Positions 10,733 through 19,467 of a stretch of DNA of 64,000 nt are shown here, piece by piece; position 1 is the stretch's first letter; the number at the start of each line of letters is the position of its first letter. The position numbers and the translations under genes are program-made. Source of the DNA: Candidatus Caldarchaeum sp. (GTDB lineage: Archaea; Thermoproteota; Nitrososphaeria_A; Caldarchaeales; Caldarchaeaceae); assembly GCA_038831915.1 (NCBI GenBank), contig JAWBKB010000001.1, positions 32,001 through 96,000 of the forward strand, written 5' to 3'. Under the pieces are notes generated by a model. That model saw only the letters and a program-made list of their open reading frames with translations, ran no database searches and had not been told where the DNA came from.

Positions 10733-11781
10733 GCCTTTTCCAGGTCGTCAACCCCGCCGGAGAAATTGTGGGCGAGCCAGACCCATCCATCACCGACGAC
10801 TTGATGAGGAAAATGATGCGTGAAATGGTGATGCTCCGGACTTTCGACCTCTGGATGATGAAAATCCATCCCCTTGGCAAAGCATCGCGTTACGCTCCGA
10901 TTGAAGGACAGGAAGCAGCAGTTGTTGGAAGCGTTAAAAGTCTATCGGATAGAGACTGGACATTTCCAACATACCGCGAGCTAACCATAGGGCTTTTACG
11001 GAACCTGCCACTATCAACCCTTCTCCATCGCCTGTTTGCCACTGGGCTCGACCCCTTGAAAGGCCATGAAATCACGCTTTTCGGAGACAGAGACCACCGA
11101 ATCGTTGTTGGGCCCGGCGCGGTTTCTCTGATGTGCCCCATCGCGGTCGGAATGGCCATGGCTGCGATGAGAAGACGCGAAAGAGAAGTTTTCATGGTTT
11201 ACATCGGCGACGGGGCGACGTCAAAAGGCGATTTCCATGAAGCGATTAACTGGGCCGGGGTCTTCAAAACGCCGGTGATTTTCTTCGTTCAGAACAACCA
11301 GTGGGCTATTTCGCTGCCGGTGACAAAGCAGACCGCCTCGAAAACCATCGCGGTCAAAGCAAGAGCCTACGGCATTCCAGGATTCCGTGTAGATGGAAAC
11401 GATGTTCTCGCAGTTTACACCGCCTGCAGAAAATTCGTCGAAAAAGCACGGAACGGCGAAGGCCCCGCCTTGATCGAAGCTGTAACATATCGGTTGGGGC
11501 CTCATACAACCGCCGACGACCCCTCGAAATACCGTTCAGAGCATGAAGTGGAGCAGATGCGGTTGCTCGACCCCTTAGCTAGGTTTCGGAAACTTCTTCA
11601 AAGAAGAAATCTGTGGTCGATTGAAGAGGAAAAAAAGTTCGTGGAGGATTTCAAGGACAAGCTTCGGGCCGCTACAGAGGAAGCGGAAAAAGCACCGCCG
11701 CTGACTGTTAAAGCGGTTTTCGAAGATGTATACGCCCAACCGCCGTGGCATCTTTTAGAGGAAATGGATGAAGCGGTTTGA
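10705..11781 (+). CDS. pdhA: 2-oxoacid (pyruvate/branched-chain) dehydrogenase E1 alpha subunit
   Basis: GQEA, GDGATS...NNQWAIS TPP motif, YRLGPHTTADD. Confidence 0.9.
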   Translation: MSSGSEAELGLFQVVNPAGEIVGEPDPSITDDLMRKMMREMVMLRTFDLWMMKIHPLGKASRYAPIEGQEAAVVGSVKSLSDRDWTFPTYRELTIGLLRNLPLSTLLHRLFATGLDPLKGHEITLFGDRDHRIVVGPGAVSLMCPIAVGMAMAAMRRREREVFMVYIGDGATSKGDFHEAINWAGVFKTPVIFFVQNNQWAISLPVTKQTASKTIAVKARAYGIPGFRVDGNDVLAVYTACRKFVEKARNGEGPALIEAVTYRLGPHTTADDPSKYRSEHEVEQMRLLDPLARFRKLLQRRNLWSIEEEKKFVEDFKDKLRAATEEAEKAPPLTVKAVFEDVYAQPPWHLLEEMDEAV

Positions 11782-12644
11782 CCCTGAAAGCTTGGAAGAT
11801 ATGTCTTGCCCAAACCGAGACGCTGAAACCTCATGAACAATCTCTTCCCTATTTCGTCTCTAAACTCAGGGAAGAAATTAAGAAAGACAAATGCGTGATT
11901 CATCCAGTTATAGTCGATGCGGCAACAGGTTTAGTGGTTGATGGAACACATCGTGTCGAAGCCGCGTTAAAGCTCAGAATCCCCCGCATCCCCGTCTACA
12001 CCGTCGACTATTTTTCGGAAAAGGTTGAACTCCATGGCTGGGGTAGGGCGGTTACTAAAAAAATCACGATGGAAACGCTTACAAGCTTAATCAAATCTTT
12101 CGGTTTTAGTTTTGAAAATATTTCCTCTCAGCCGTATGCCGTGAAGTTTCTCTGGAGCGACGGCGTTTCCAAACAAATCTACGTCGAAGATTCTGACATA
12201 CCTGCTACGTATTCGAAAATCAATCTCCTCGAAAAACAGCTTCAGCAGCTCGGAATCAAATACGTACGCGACAAAGACCTCGAACAATTGGTTTTGACAG
12301 CGGAATATCCTTTCGGATACGTGATCAGGCAGTTGACGAAAAAGGAAGTCCTTGAATCTGTTTTGGATGACTACAGACTTCCACCTAAATCAACCCGTCA
12401 TGTTGTCGAAGACCGGCCCATGTTCATTTTCTGTCCCGTTGATATTTTGTACAGCGACGATGCTGATGAAAGGTTCGCCGAATGGCTTGATGAAGGAACG
12501 TGGATAGATGTTCCTCCGGGCGTTGAGCTGGATAGGAAATACGACGAAAAAACCAAGGTTTTCTTCAGGGAAGAACTCAGAAGCAGGTATCCCACCAGTT
12601 TGATGGATTACTTTAAGGCTGCGTCGGAGCAAAAAATTCGATGA
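11778..12644 (+). CDS. ParB/Srx-fold protein, SerK/SbnI/DUF1015-like
   Basis: LKPHE...HPVIVD...VVDGTHR and LPPKSTRH motifs. Confidence 0.7.
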   Translation: MTLKAWKICLAQTETLKPHEQSLPYFVSKLREEIKKDKCVIHPVIVDAATGLVVDGTHRVEAALKLRIPRIPVYTVDYFSEKVELHGWGRAVTKKITMETLTSLIKSFGFSFENISSQPYAVKFLWSDGVSKQIYVEDSDIPATYSKINLLEKQLQQLGIKYVRDKDLEQLVLTAEYPFGYVIRQLTKKEVLESVLDDYRLPPKSTRHVVEDRPMFIFCPVDILYSDDADERFAEWLDEGTWIDVPPGVELDRKYDEKTKVFFREELRSRYPTSLMDYFKAASEQKIR

Positions 12645-13548
12645 TTTTTTTGGCGAGCATCGTGGCTGCAGCCTCTTGAGCTTCTGCAGTCTGTGCTCCG
12701 ATGTGTGGAGTCAATACGATGTTGTCGAGTTCGAGTAGTTTACTGCCGGTTGGAGGCTCTTTTTCATAAACATCGAGGCCAGCTCCAGCTATCCGCCGCG
12801 TAGTCAGGGCTTGAATTAGAGCCTCTTCGTCTATTACTTCTCCGCGAGAAGCGTTGATGAGGATGGCGGTTGGCTTCATCATGGCGATTTTTTCAGCGTT
12901 GATGAAATGGCGTGTTTCAGACGTGAGAGGTATGTGCAGTGTAATTACGTCGGAGCTGCGTAACAGTTCTTCGAGCGAAGTAAGCTTGGTGTTGGTTTTC
13001 GCAAGAACTTCTTCAGGAATGGGTATGACGTCGTGAGCAATTATCTTCATTCCCATCGCATAAGCTATTTCTGCAACCCTTCGTCCGATACGGCCAAAAC
13101 CCACTACACCCAGAGTTTTTCCGCAAAGCTCCATACCCATGGCTTCGCTTTTAGGCCATTTTCCAGCCCTCATCACACGGTCGCTCCAAGCGATCTTCCT
13201 AGCGACTGCAATCATTAAACCAATCACCAACTCAGCCACACTGTTGGTTGAAGATTCTGGTGTGTTCAACACTTTTACACCGTGCTTCGAAGCCGCTTCG
13301 AGGTCGACGTTGTCAAGCCCAACACCCGCCCTGCCCACAACCTTAAGCCTTGGAACACCTTTCTCGATAACTTTCGCAGTGACCTTAGTCCTTCCACGAA
13401 CCATCAAAACATCAAACCCACCTATCACTGATTCAAGCTCATTCGCGGAAATACCGGGACGTTGGTCAACATCAAACCCTGCGCTAGAAAGAATCTGCAC
13501 AGCAGAAAAATCAATTGGGTCCGCGATCAGGACTTTCGGCTTCATCAC
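12613..13548 (-). CDS. serA: D-3-phosphoglycerate dehydrogenase (short type)
   Basis: RAGVGLDNVD, GFGRIG, NASRG, TPHIGAQT motifs. Confidence 0.88.
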   Translation of the reverse strand: MMKPKVLIADPIDFSAVQILSSAGFDVDQRPGISANELESVIGGFDVLMVRGRTKVTAKVIEKGVPRLKVVGRAGVGLDNVDLEAASKHGVKVLNTPESSTNSVAELVIGLMIAVARKIAWSDRVMRAGKWPKSEAMGMELCGKTLGVVGFGRIGRRVAEIAYAMGMKIIAHDVIPIPEEVLAKTNTKLTSLEELLRSSDVITLHIPLTSETRHFINAEKIAMMKPTAILINASRGEVIDEEALIQALTTRRIAGAGLDVYEKEPPTGSKLLELDNIVLTPHIGAQTAEAQEAAATMLAKKIIEFFAPTQP

Positions 13549-13616
13549 ATCTGGATAGGCCGCGGATTATTTAAGCCGATAACATTTTATAGGTCGGTCT
13601 ATCGCTCTATGCAGGG

Positions 13617-13901
13617 ATGCCGTTCAAGAGGAAAAGCCGAGGAAGAACGAAAGGAGCTAAAGGAAAGGAGCCTACAGTTCAGTGCGATAACTGCGGTGCA
13701 TATGTTCCGAGAAGCAAAGTGCAGAGAGTTACACGCCGTGTTTCACTAGTTCGTGGAGACCTCGCCCGTGAGCTGAAACAAGCTGGAGCATATCTCGCTG
13801 AAAACATCGTGGTGAAAAATCTCTGCATAAGCTGCGCCATCCACTACGGCGTATTGAAAGTCAGGGCTCGTGAAGAAAGAAAACCAGAACAATTTATCTG
13901 A
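13617..13901 (+). CDS. rps26e: 30S ribosomal protein S26e
   Basis: KRKSRGR, CDNCG, CISCAIH zinc motifs. Confidence 0.95.
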   Translation: MPFKRKSRGRTKGAKGKEPTVQCDNCGAYVPRSKVQRVTRRVSLVRGDLARELKQAGAYLAENIVVKNLCISCAIHYGVLKVRAREERKPEQFI

Positions 13902-13956
13902 AAGTTGGGACATGGTTTATTAGTGACTAGCTCCTGAACTGAGTTAGGTGAGTTAG

Positions 13957-14925
13957 ATGACTTACTCATTTGAAAAGGCACGGCTCTCTCTGTTCAAGCT
14001 CCGCGTTGCGATGCTCGGGACATGGGCCCTCATTACCGCAGTTGCATCGCTGCTTTTCGTCGCCGTGCTTTCGTTCCTGCGGATTCCGCTGCTTAACTTC
14101 TACACCATCATCGCGTTCGTGGTTTTCTTCCACGTGTTTCAGTGGCTGATCGGGCCTTACATGATAGCAGCGATTTACAGAACAAGGCCTGCGGCTGAAG
14201 CCGGGATGGGCTGGGTCGAGGAGGCTGTAAATAGGTTGAGCGTCGCAGCTGGAATGGAAAAGCCTCCCAAAACATACATCGCAGAAATTGATATTCCCAA
14301 CGCCTTTGCATATGGAAGCCCGTTGACGGGCCCAATTGTGGCCGTGACTCGAAGGCTTGCCGAAGGTATCCCGCGTGAAGAAGTTGAAGCTGTCATCGGA
14401 CACGAGCTTGGACACATCAAGCACCGCGACGTTGCCTTCATGATGGCGGTCAGCATCATCCCAGCAATTATCTACTACTTGGGATACACCTTGTTCGTTT
14501 CAGGTGCCTACGGCGGAAGACGCGAAGGAGGTGCCTACGTCTTCCTCATAGGAATTGTTCTAATGGCTTTCAGCTTCGTTTTCAACCTCTTTGTTTTCTA
14601 CATGAGCAGACTACGTGAATACTACGCCGACTACTTCGCGGCGAAAACAGTCCGCAACGGCGCCCGAAACCTTCAGAGAGCTCTTGTCAGAATCATGATG
14701 ATGGCAGGACGTATGAGACGTGAAGAAGTGGCTCACGCCGACCAGTTCAAAGCCTTCTTCATCGCTGACCCGGATATGCGAATTCAAGGATTCGGTGACG
14801 TAGACAGCTTGATTGAACGCATCAAAAACCAGAAGCCAAATGCGGTTGCGGAGCTTTTCAGCACTCATCCGGACCCTGCGAAAAGACTGCGGGCACTCGA
14901 CAACTACATATCAATCCAGCCATAG
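13957..14925 (+). CDS. htpX: Zinc metalloprotease HtpX (M48)
   Basis: PNAFAYG, HELGH, SRLREYYAD, STHP motifs; SD AGGTGA upstream. Confidence 0.93.
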   Translation: MTYSFEKARLSLFKLRVAMLGTWALITAVASLLFVAVLSFLRIPLLNFYTIIAFVVFFHVFQWLIGPYMIAAIYRTRPAAEAGMGWVEEAVNRLSVAAGMEKPPKTYIAEIDIPNAFAYGSPLTGPIVAVTRRLAEGIPREEVEAVIGHELGHIKHRDVAFMMAVSIIPAIIYYLGYTLFVSGAYGGRREGGAYVFLIGIVLMAFSFVFNLFVFYMSRLREYYADYFAAKTVRNGARNLQRALVRIMMMAGRMRREEVAHADQFKAFFIADPDMRIQGFGDVDSLIERIKNQKPNAVAELFSTHPDPAKRLRALDNYISIQP

Positions 14926-14927
14926 CG

Positions 14928-16370
14928 TCAGTAAGCTCTGGCGAAATACGCAACCTCTGTCGCTGTTTTTCCACATATGATGCAGGGCCCTGAAGGAGCT
15001 TCGACTTCGTCAAACTTTGTTCCACGTAGTTCACCGCCAGCTTCTTCCTTCAGCTTCATCGCGCATTCTTCTGACCCGCACCAGTTTATCCGAGCGATTC
15101 TTCTCTCCGAAATCGCTTTCGCAGCCTCCTCAACTGTATTTGTGTCGATGACCATTTGACGCATTATACGATTGCTTCTTTCGGCTAGGTTTTGGTCGAT
15201 GGCTTTCAAAAGCTCGTTCAAAGTTTTTTCCAAATCATCAACAGGCACCAGCATCTTCTCCAACGTGTCTCTGCGGAAAACTGTTACGCGGTTTTCAGCG
15301 ACTTCACGTGGACCGACTTCGATTCTCGTTGGAACTCCCATTTTTTCCCAGTAGTAGAACTTTTCACCTGGAGTAACGTCTTCGCGGTCGTCAAGCTTCA
15401 CCAAAAAGCCTGTCAGCCTGCTGGCAAGCTGTCGACAATAATTGAGAATAATCTCTTCCTGTCCTTTGAAAACAATTGGCACTATGACAACTTGAACAGG
15501 TGCTACAATCGATGGAAGTACAAGACCCCGGTCGTCGCCGTGCTGGCTTATCAAGGCGGCGAGAACACGGCTGTATCCAAATCCATAGCAGAGCTGATAC
15601 GGGTTCTCCCGCTCGCCCGTCCGTGTTTCAAACTCGATTTCAAAAACTTTTGAAAAGTTTTTACCGAGGTTGTGAACCGTGGCAACTTGGTTTACGCGTC
15701 CGTCTGGATTCCATGCATCGAAAGCCACGGAATACTTTGCTCCCGCGAATTTGTCAAAATCCGGTCTTTTTAAAATAAGATACGCTATCCCCAACTTGTC
15801 CAAAACCTTTCGGTAGATTTCAACTGCTTTGCGGACTTGTTGTTCAGCTTCTGCGGCTGTAGCGTGAACTGTGTGAGCCTCGTTCCACGGAATTTCCCTC
15901 ACCCTGAGCAGAGGCCGGGTTGCCTTGGTTTCATGCCTGTAAACCATGTTACTTTGATGAACCATCAGGGGCAAGTCGGCGTGGCTGCGAATCCACAGCT
16001 TGAACATGGGGTACATGATTGTTTCGCTCGTGGGCCGCACGATGAGCTTGACATCGAGAGGCTTGCCGCCAGCGGTCTCTATTACAAACACCTCCGTACT
16101 GAAGCCTTTAATATGCTGAGCTTCCTTGCCGAAAAGCTCGTCGGTTGTGATGAGTGGGAAAATCATCTCTTTGTGACCCGAGTGGTTTAACTCCTTTTCC
16201 AACATCTCCTTCACACGCCGCAAAACATAAGTTCCGTTCTCCAGATATACGGCGAACCCTTTCACGGGAAACCTGTCGTCCACGATTCTCGCTTCCAACA
16301 ACAGATTGTCAAACCATTCAGTAAAGTTTCGATATTTGTTTAAGGCTGTTGCTGTGGTCATCTGAATCAT
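14928..16370 (-). CDS. proS: Proline--tRNA ligase (archaeal/eukaryotic type)
   Basis: RPTSET, RHETKATRPLLRVRE, HGDDRGLVLP, C-terminal ARAY. Confidence 0.96.
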   Translation of the reverse strand: MIQMTTATALNKYRNFTEWFDNLLLEARIVDDRFPVKGFAVYLENGTYVLRRVKEMLEKELNHSGHKEMIFPLITTDELFGKEAQHIKGFSTEVFVIETAGGKPLDVKLIVRPTSETIMYPMFKLWIRSHADLPLMVHQSNMVYRHETKATRPLLRVREIPWNEAHTVHATAAEAEQQVRKAVEIYRKVLDKLGIAYLILKRPDFDKFAGAKYSVAFDAWNPDGRVNQVATVHNLGKNFSKVFEIEFETRTGERENPYQLCYGFGYSRVLAALISQHGDDRGLVLPSIVAPVQVVIVPIVFKGQEEIILNYCRQLASRLTGFLVKLDDREDVTPGEKFYYWEKMGVPTRIEVGPREVAENRVTVFRRDTLEKMLVPVDDLEKTLNELLKAIDQNLAERSNRIMRQMVIDTNTVEEAAKAISERRIARINWCGSEECAMKLKEEAGGELRGTKFDEVEAPSGPCIICGKTATEVAYFARAY

Positions 16371-16410
16371 CGCAGACCTGAATCCTATTTAAATCTCTCC
16401 GTTCGACTGG

Positions 16411-17205
16411 TCAAGTCTGTGCCGTTGCCAACGGCTCAACCACATGGTCGGTGGCAAGCTTTTGTTCATAATCTTTAAGCAGGAATAAGCTTACGTCGTC
16501 CTGTGTTCTTTCACCTTGTCGGAAAGGCGTGTCAAGGGCGTAGGACAGATATCTGAGATAGACGATGAAGTATGTGATGATGCCAAACTGTACGAGTGAT
16601 TCAATTACTCCACTTATTTGCACGAAGAGAAGCAGACCAACAGCCCCTATCATCAACACTTCGGCGAGAAACCTGGCCGAAGGAAGATACACCGTCCGCT
16701 GTATGTAGTAAATTCTCAGCACGTTTCTCAGAAGGTTTTCACGTCCGTCTTTCACGCGGCCTAAAAGAAACGGGGGAGCTCCCTGCTTTTCCATTTCTGC
16801 CACCAGCGACGATAGATTGTCGATGGATTCGATGCATGACCGCAAATCGCCATACCCTCTTGTTTTCTCAACACCTACGAGGAAAGACCTAAGGATGGCA
16901 AGGAGTTGCCTTCTAACATGCTCGATGTCGAAATCACGCTTTGATAGATGAAAAAGCTTCGTTTCGGTCCAGATTCTGTCGAGTGCAGCCCGTATTTCGC
17001 TGGGCATTCGCTCGGCCTCCTTGTAATCCGCTATAAGCCCACCCAGCACAAACCCCATGACGAATATAGCTCCCGCTATTACGCTTCCGATTAGAGGGTT
17101 GAGCGGCATAAATTCCAATCCCAGCACGATGACTAACGCCTTCAAAGCAATAGCCGGAACAGCAATTCTGAAAGCTTTCAGAGCGACGCTTGGACGTAGC
17201 ATCAT
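16411..17205 (-). CDS. Membrane protein, possibly bestrophin-like/DUF4239 family
   Basis: Two TM helices, soluble helical region, two TM helices, then LDTPF. Family assignment is tentative. Confidence 0.55.
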   Translation of the reverse strand: MMLRPSVALKAFRIAVPAIALKALVIVLGLEFMPLNPLIGSVIAGAIFVMGFVLGGLIADYKEAERMPSEIRAALDRIWTETKLFHLSKRDFDIEHVRRQLLAILRSFLVGVEKTRGYGDLRSCIESIDNLSSLVAEMEKQGAPPFLLGRVKDGRENLLRNVLRIYYIQRTVYLPSARFLAEVLMIGAVGLLLFVQISGVIESLVQFGIITYFIVYLRYLSYALDTPFRQGERTQDDVSLFLLKDYEQKLATDHVVEPLATAQT

Positions 17206-17294
17206 CAGCGCCTCACCGATGCTATTTGGTTTAAAAATTTTTTCCGCGATATCTTTTTAGAGCAGCTTTTAGACGATGTGCAGGGTGCGCGGTT

Positions 17295-17957
17295 CTGTCC
17301 GTCAGCTTCGGCGGCCGGTTTTTACCCACTAAGCTTGAGTTGATAAGGGCGCGGAGGTCTCTACAAGTAGCGAAAAGCATCTACCGTATTCTCGAGGACA
17401 AACGCGACGTTTTGGTTAGAAGGCTGAATGACTTGGTCGACGTGGCTGAAGAAGAAAGGGAGAAGATGGAAAAACCACTCCGCCAAGCCTACATGTCACT
17501 TTTCAAAGCCTACGCTGAAATGGGCTCGATGAAAGTTGAATCAATTGCTTCGACGACGCCGCCGTCAATCACGGTGAACGTCAGCGAAAAAACTATACTC
17601 GGAATCCGAATACCGACCCTTGAAATCGCGAGCACAAAAATCCCGCTGAACTATGGATTCCTCGACACCACGGCGTCCTTCGACGAAGCTGTCAGAAACT
17701 TCCGCGAAATCCTCGAAACCATGTGTAAGGTGGCTGAAATCGAGAACACTATCTTCAGGCTCGCGGAGGAGCTCAAAAAGACTCAAAGGCTACTAAACGC
17801 GCTCGAACATCTCATCATCCCGCGGTATCAGGAAGCCATCAAATTCATCAGCGCGAGCTTAGAGGAAAGGGAAAGAGAAGACTTCGTCAAGCTTAAACAC
17901 GTGAAGAGAATTCTTGAAAGAAGAAAGGAGGCGGAAATAGTTGGAAGAACAAATTAG
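17295..17957 (+). CDS. atpD: A/V-type ATP synthase subunit D
   Basis: LEDKRDVL, KTQRLLNALEH..IP, LEERERE motifs. Open frame upstream of TTG 17340 adds the conserved PTKLEL motif; proposed start CTG 17295. Confidence 0.9.
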   Translation: MSVSFGGRFLPTKLELIRARRSLQVAKSIYRILEDKRDVLVRRLNDLVDVAEEEREKMEKPLRQAYMSLFKAYAEMGSMKVESIASTTPPSITVNVSEKTILGIRIPTLEIASTKIPLNYGFLDTTASFDEAVRNFREILETMCKVAEIENTIFRLAEELKKTQRLLNALEHLIIPRYQEAIKFISASLEEREREDFVKLKHVKRILERRKEAEIVGRTN

Positions 17958-18051
17958 GAAAGAGTTTGAACAGCTTCGTGAATTGGTTAAGAAACGTAAG
18001 CAGGAGCTTGTGGAAGAGCTGATGAAAAAAGCAGAGCAGGCGATGACGTAG
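17941..18051 (+). CDS. Small charged coiled-coil protein (36 aa) coupled to atpD
   Basis: TTG start preceded by GGAGG SD, overlapping the atpD stop; MEEQIRKEFEQLRELVKKRKQELVEELMKKAEQAMT. Confidence 0.6.
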   Translation: MEEQIRKEFEQLRELVKKRKQELVEELMKKAEQAMT

Positions 18052-18099
18052 TTTTTGGAGAAAGCCGCGTCCTTAAATAAGCCCCAGCCAAAATTTTGT

Positions 18100-18816
18100 A
18101 TGTTGAACATCAAGCAGGCCGCGGCAGCGCTTATCCTAATCACGTTCGGCTATGTAACGGTGTTCCACTATGGGATAGTCCGCGGCCTTGAGCTGACCAA
18201 CTTATTGTTCTACATGGATGTATGGCCCACGGTCATAGCGGCTGCCGGATTTTCAGCCGCATATCTTATCGCGACAAGTTTCAAACTCAACGTGAAAGGC
18301 AAAGTGATCACAGTTACTGGTCTCATGTTTTCAGCCGTTCTGATAACATATTGGCATATCCCGGTTAACTCGGCATTTGGGTTTGGAGTTTGTCCCGCAG
18401 ATTTGAACGACCCTTTCTTATACCAGCTTAAACGTTTATCCTATTTCGTCGTCGGTGTGATATTGTATTTCTCAATACGTGATGTCTCGAAGCCTTGGCG
18501 TGAAGCCTTGGCAATTGCTTTTGGAAAGGTTATGGGATGGTATGGATTTTACCTCACGCTTGTCCAGACGCCGTTGTATGTGTCGCCGCCCGTAATTTTC
18601 AGTGTTCAGCTTCACCATGAAGCAGGTTTCGCGATGCTCGTCTCCATGATAGCTCTCGACTTCGCCGCCGTAGTATCACTTGTCAATCATCATTTCAAAG
18701 GCAAACAGACTGGGCCCTATCCATTAATAACGGAAAAAAATCTGAACACGCGGTATTTCCGGTCCCACGGTTGGAGAAGAATAATTTTACTCTGTTGCTT
18801 TAGAAGCCGGTGTTAA
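18100..18816 (+). CDS. DUF1404/CtaG-like integral membrane protein
   Basis: Multiple TM helices, YWHIP motif, late HEAGFAM helix; TTAAATA box upstream of ATG 18100. Confidence 0.6.
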   Translation: MLNIKQAAAALILITFGYVTVFHYGIVRGLELTNLLFYMDVWPTVIAAAGFSAAYLIATSFKLNVKGKVITVTGLMFSAVLITYWHIPVNSAFGFGVCPADLNDPFLYQLKRLSYFVVGVILYFSIRDVSKPWREALAIAFGKVMGWYGFYLTLVQTPLYVSPPVIFSVQLHHEAGFAMLVSMIALDFAAVVSLVNHHFKGKQTGPYPLITEKNLNTRYFRSHGWRRIILLCCFRSRC

Positions 18817-18942
18817 AACACGTTTGACGTAGTTGAAGCGGTTTCTCTGCCGCGGAGAAGGTGATTTCCTCGGCTTTGCTTCGAGCTTCGGCGTCTGGCT
18901 TCTCACTTTACCAGCTTTAGTTATGCTTCCGTGCGAAGGCAT
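18787..18942 (-). CDS. rps30e: 30S ribosomal protein S30e
   Basis: Below ORF cutoff. Manual translation MPSHGSITKAGKVRSQTPKLEAKPRKSPSPRQRNRFNYVKRVLTPASKATE matches the S30e signature HGS..KAGKVR.QTPK. Confidence 0.95.
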   Translation of the reverse strand: MPSHGSITKAGKVRSQTPKLEAKPRKSPSPRQRNRFNYVKRVLTPASKATE

Positions 18943-19083
18943 ACCAGTTAATCGTTGATTTTCTTATATTTAGGGCTATCTCGTTTTTCCAACTTGACGC
19001 TAACTCGGCCTTCACAACCTCTACGACAAACTAACAGCATCGTCCAACGGTTTGCTCCGCCCACCTTTCCCTTCCTCCAATTC

Positions 19084-19090
19084 TTATATA
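19084..19090 (+). promoter_or_regulatory. TATA box of tRNA-Arg gene
   Basis: TTATATA ending about 23 nt upstream of tRNA position 1. Confidence 0.6.
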
Positions 19091-19112
19091 CGAGCACAAC
19101 CCTACGAAGTTC

Positions 19113-19246
19113 GGGCCCGTAGCTTAGCATGGACAGAGAAGATATTGTTGATAGAATATCTCTGGTTCGCTGGCCTCCGGAGCCAGAGGTCGTGAGCACA
19201 TTCACGAATGTGATGTGCCGGCAGGGTTCAAGTCCCACCGGGCCCG
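19113..19246 (+). tRNA. tRNA-Arg(CCG) with two introns (19139-19167 at 24/25; 19195-19224 at 51/52)
   Basis: Acceptor GGGCCCG/CGGGCCC; D-stem GCTT/GAG^C; anticodon arm CTGGC-CT-CCG-GA-GCCAG; T-arm GTG^GG-TTCAAGT-CCCAC. Both inserts fold into hairpins with BHB-like junctions. CCA not encoded. Confidence 0.93.
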
Positions 19247-19467
19247 CACATTTTATATTAAGATGCCTAGTTGGTTTTCAACCGTGATGAAGATTGGTCA
19301 AGGGTTGTCTATGGTACGTGTGGATTCAGGCTCGACGTTTGCGGCGTGGTCCTGCAGAAGGATGTTGAAAAGAGAAGCTTACGCGATGTGTTGAAGCGAA
19401 TATTGTTGTTGTTTCGTCGGTCGGGTTTGACAGTTAAGTTTTTTGACCAGACGAGCGTTTAGTTTTC

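Noticed and set aside
18948-19238. 96-aa minus-strand ORF
   Set aside because: Runs antisense across the tRNA-Arg gene and shows no protein motifs.
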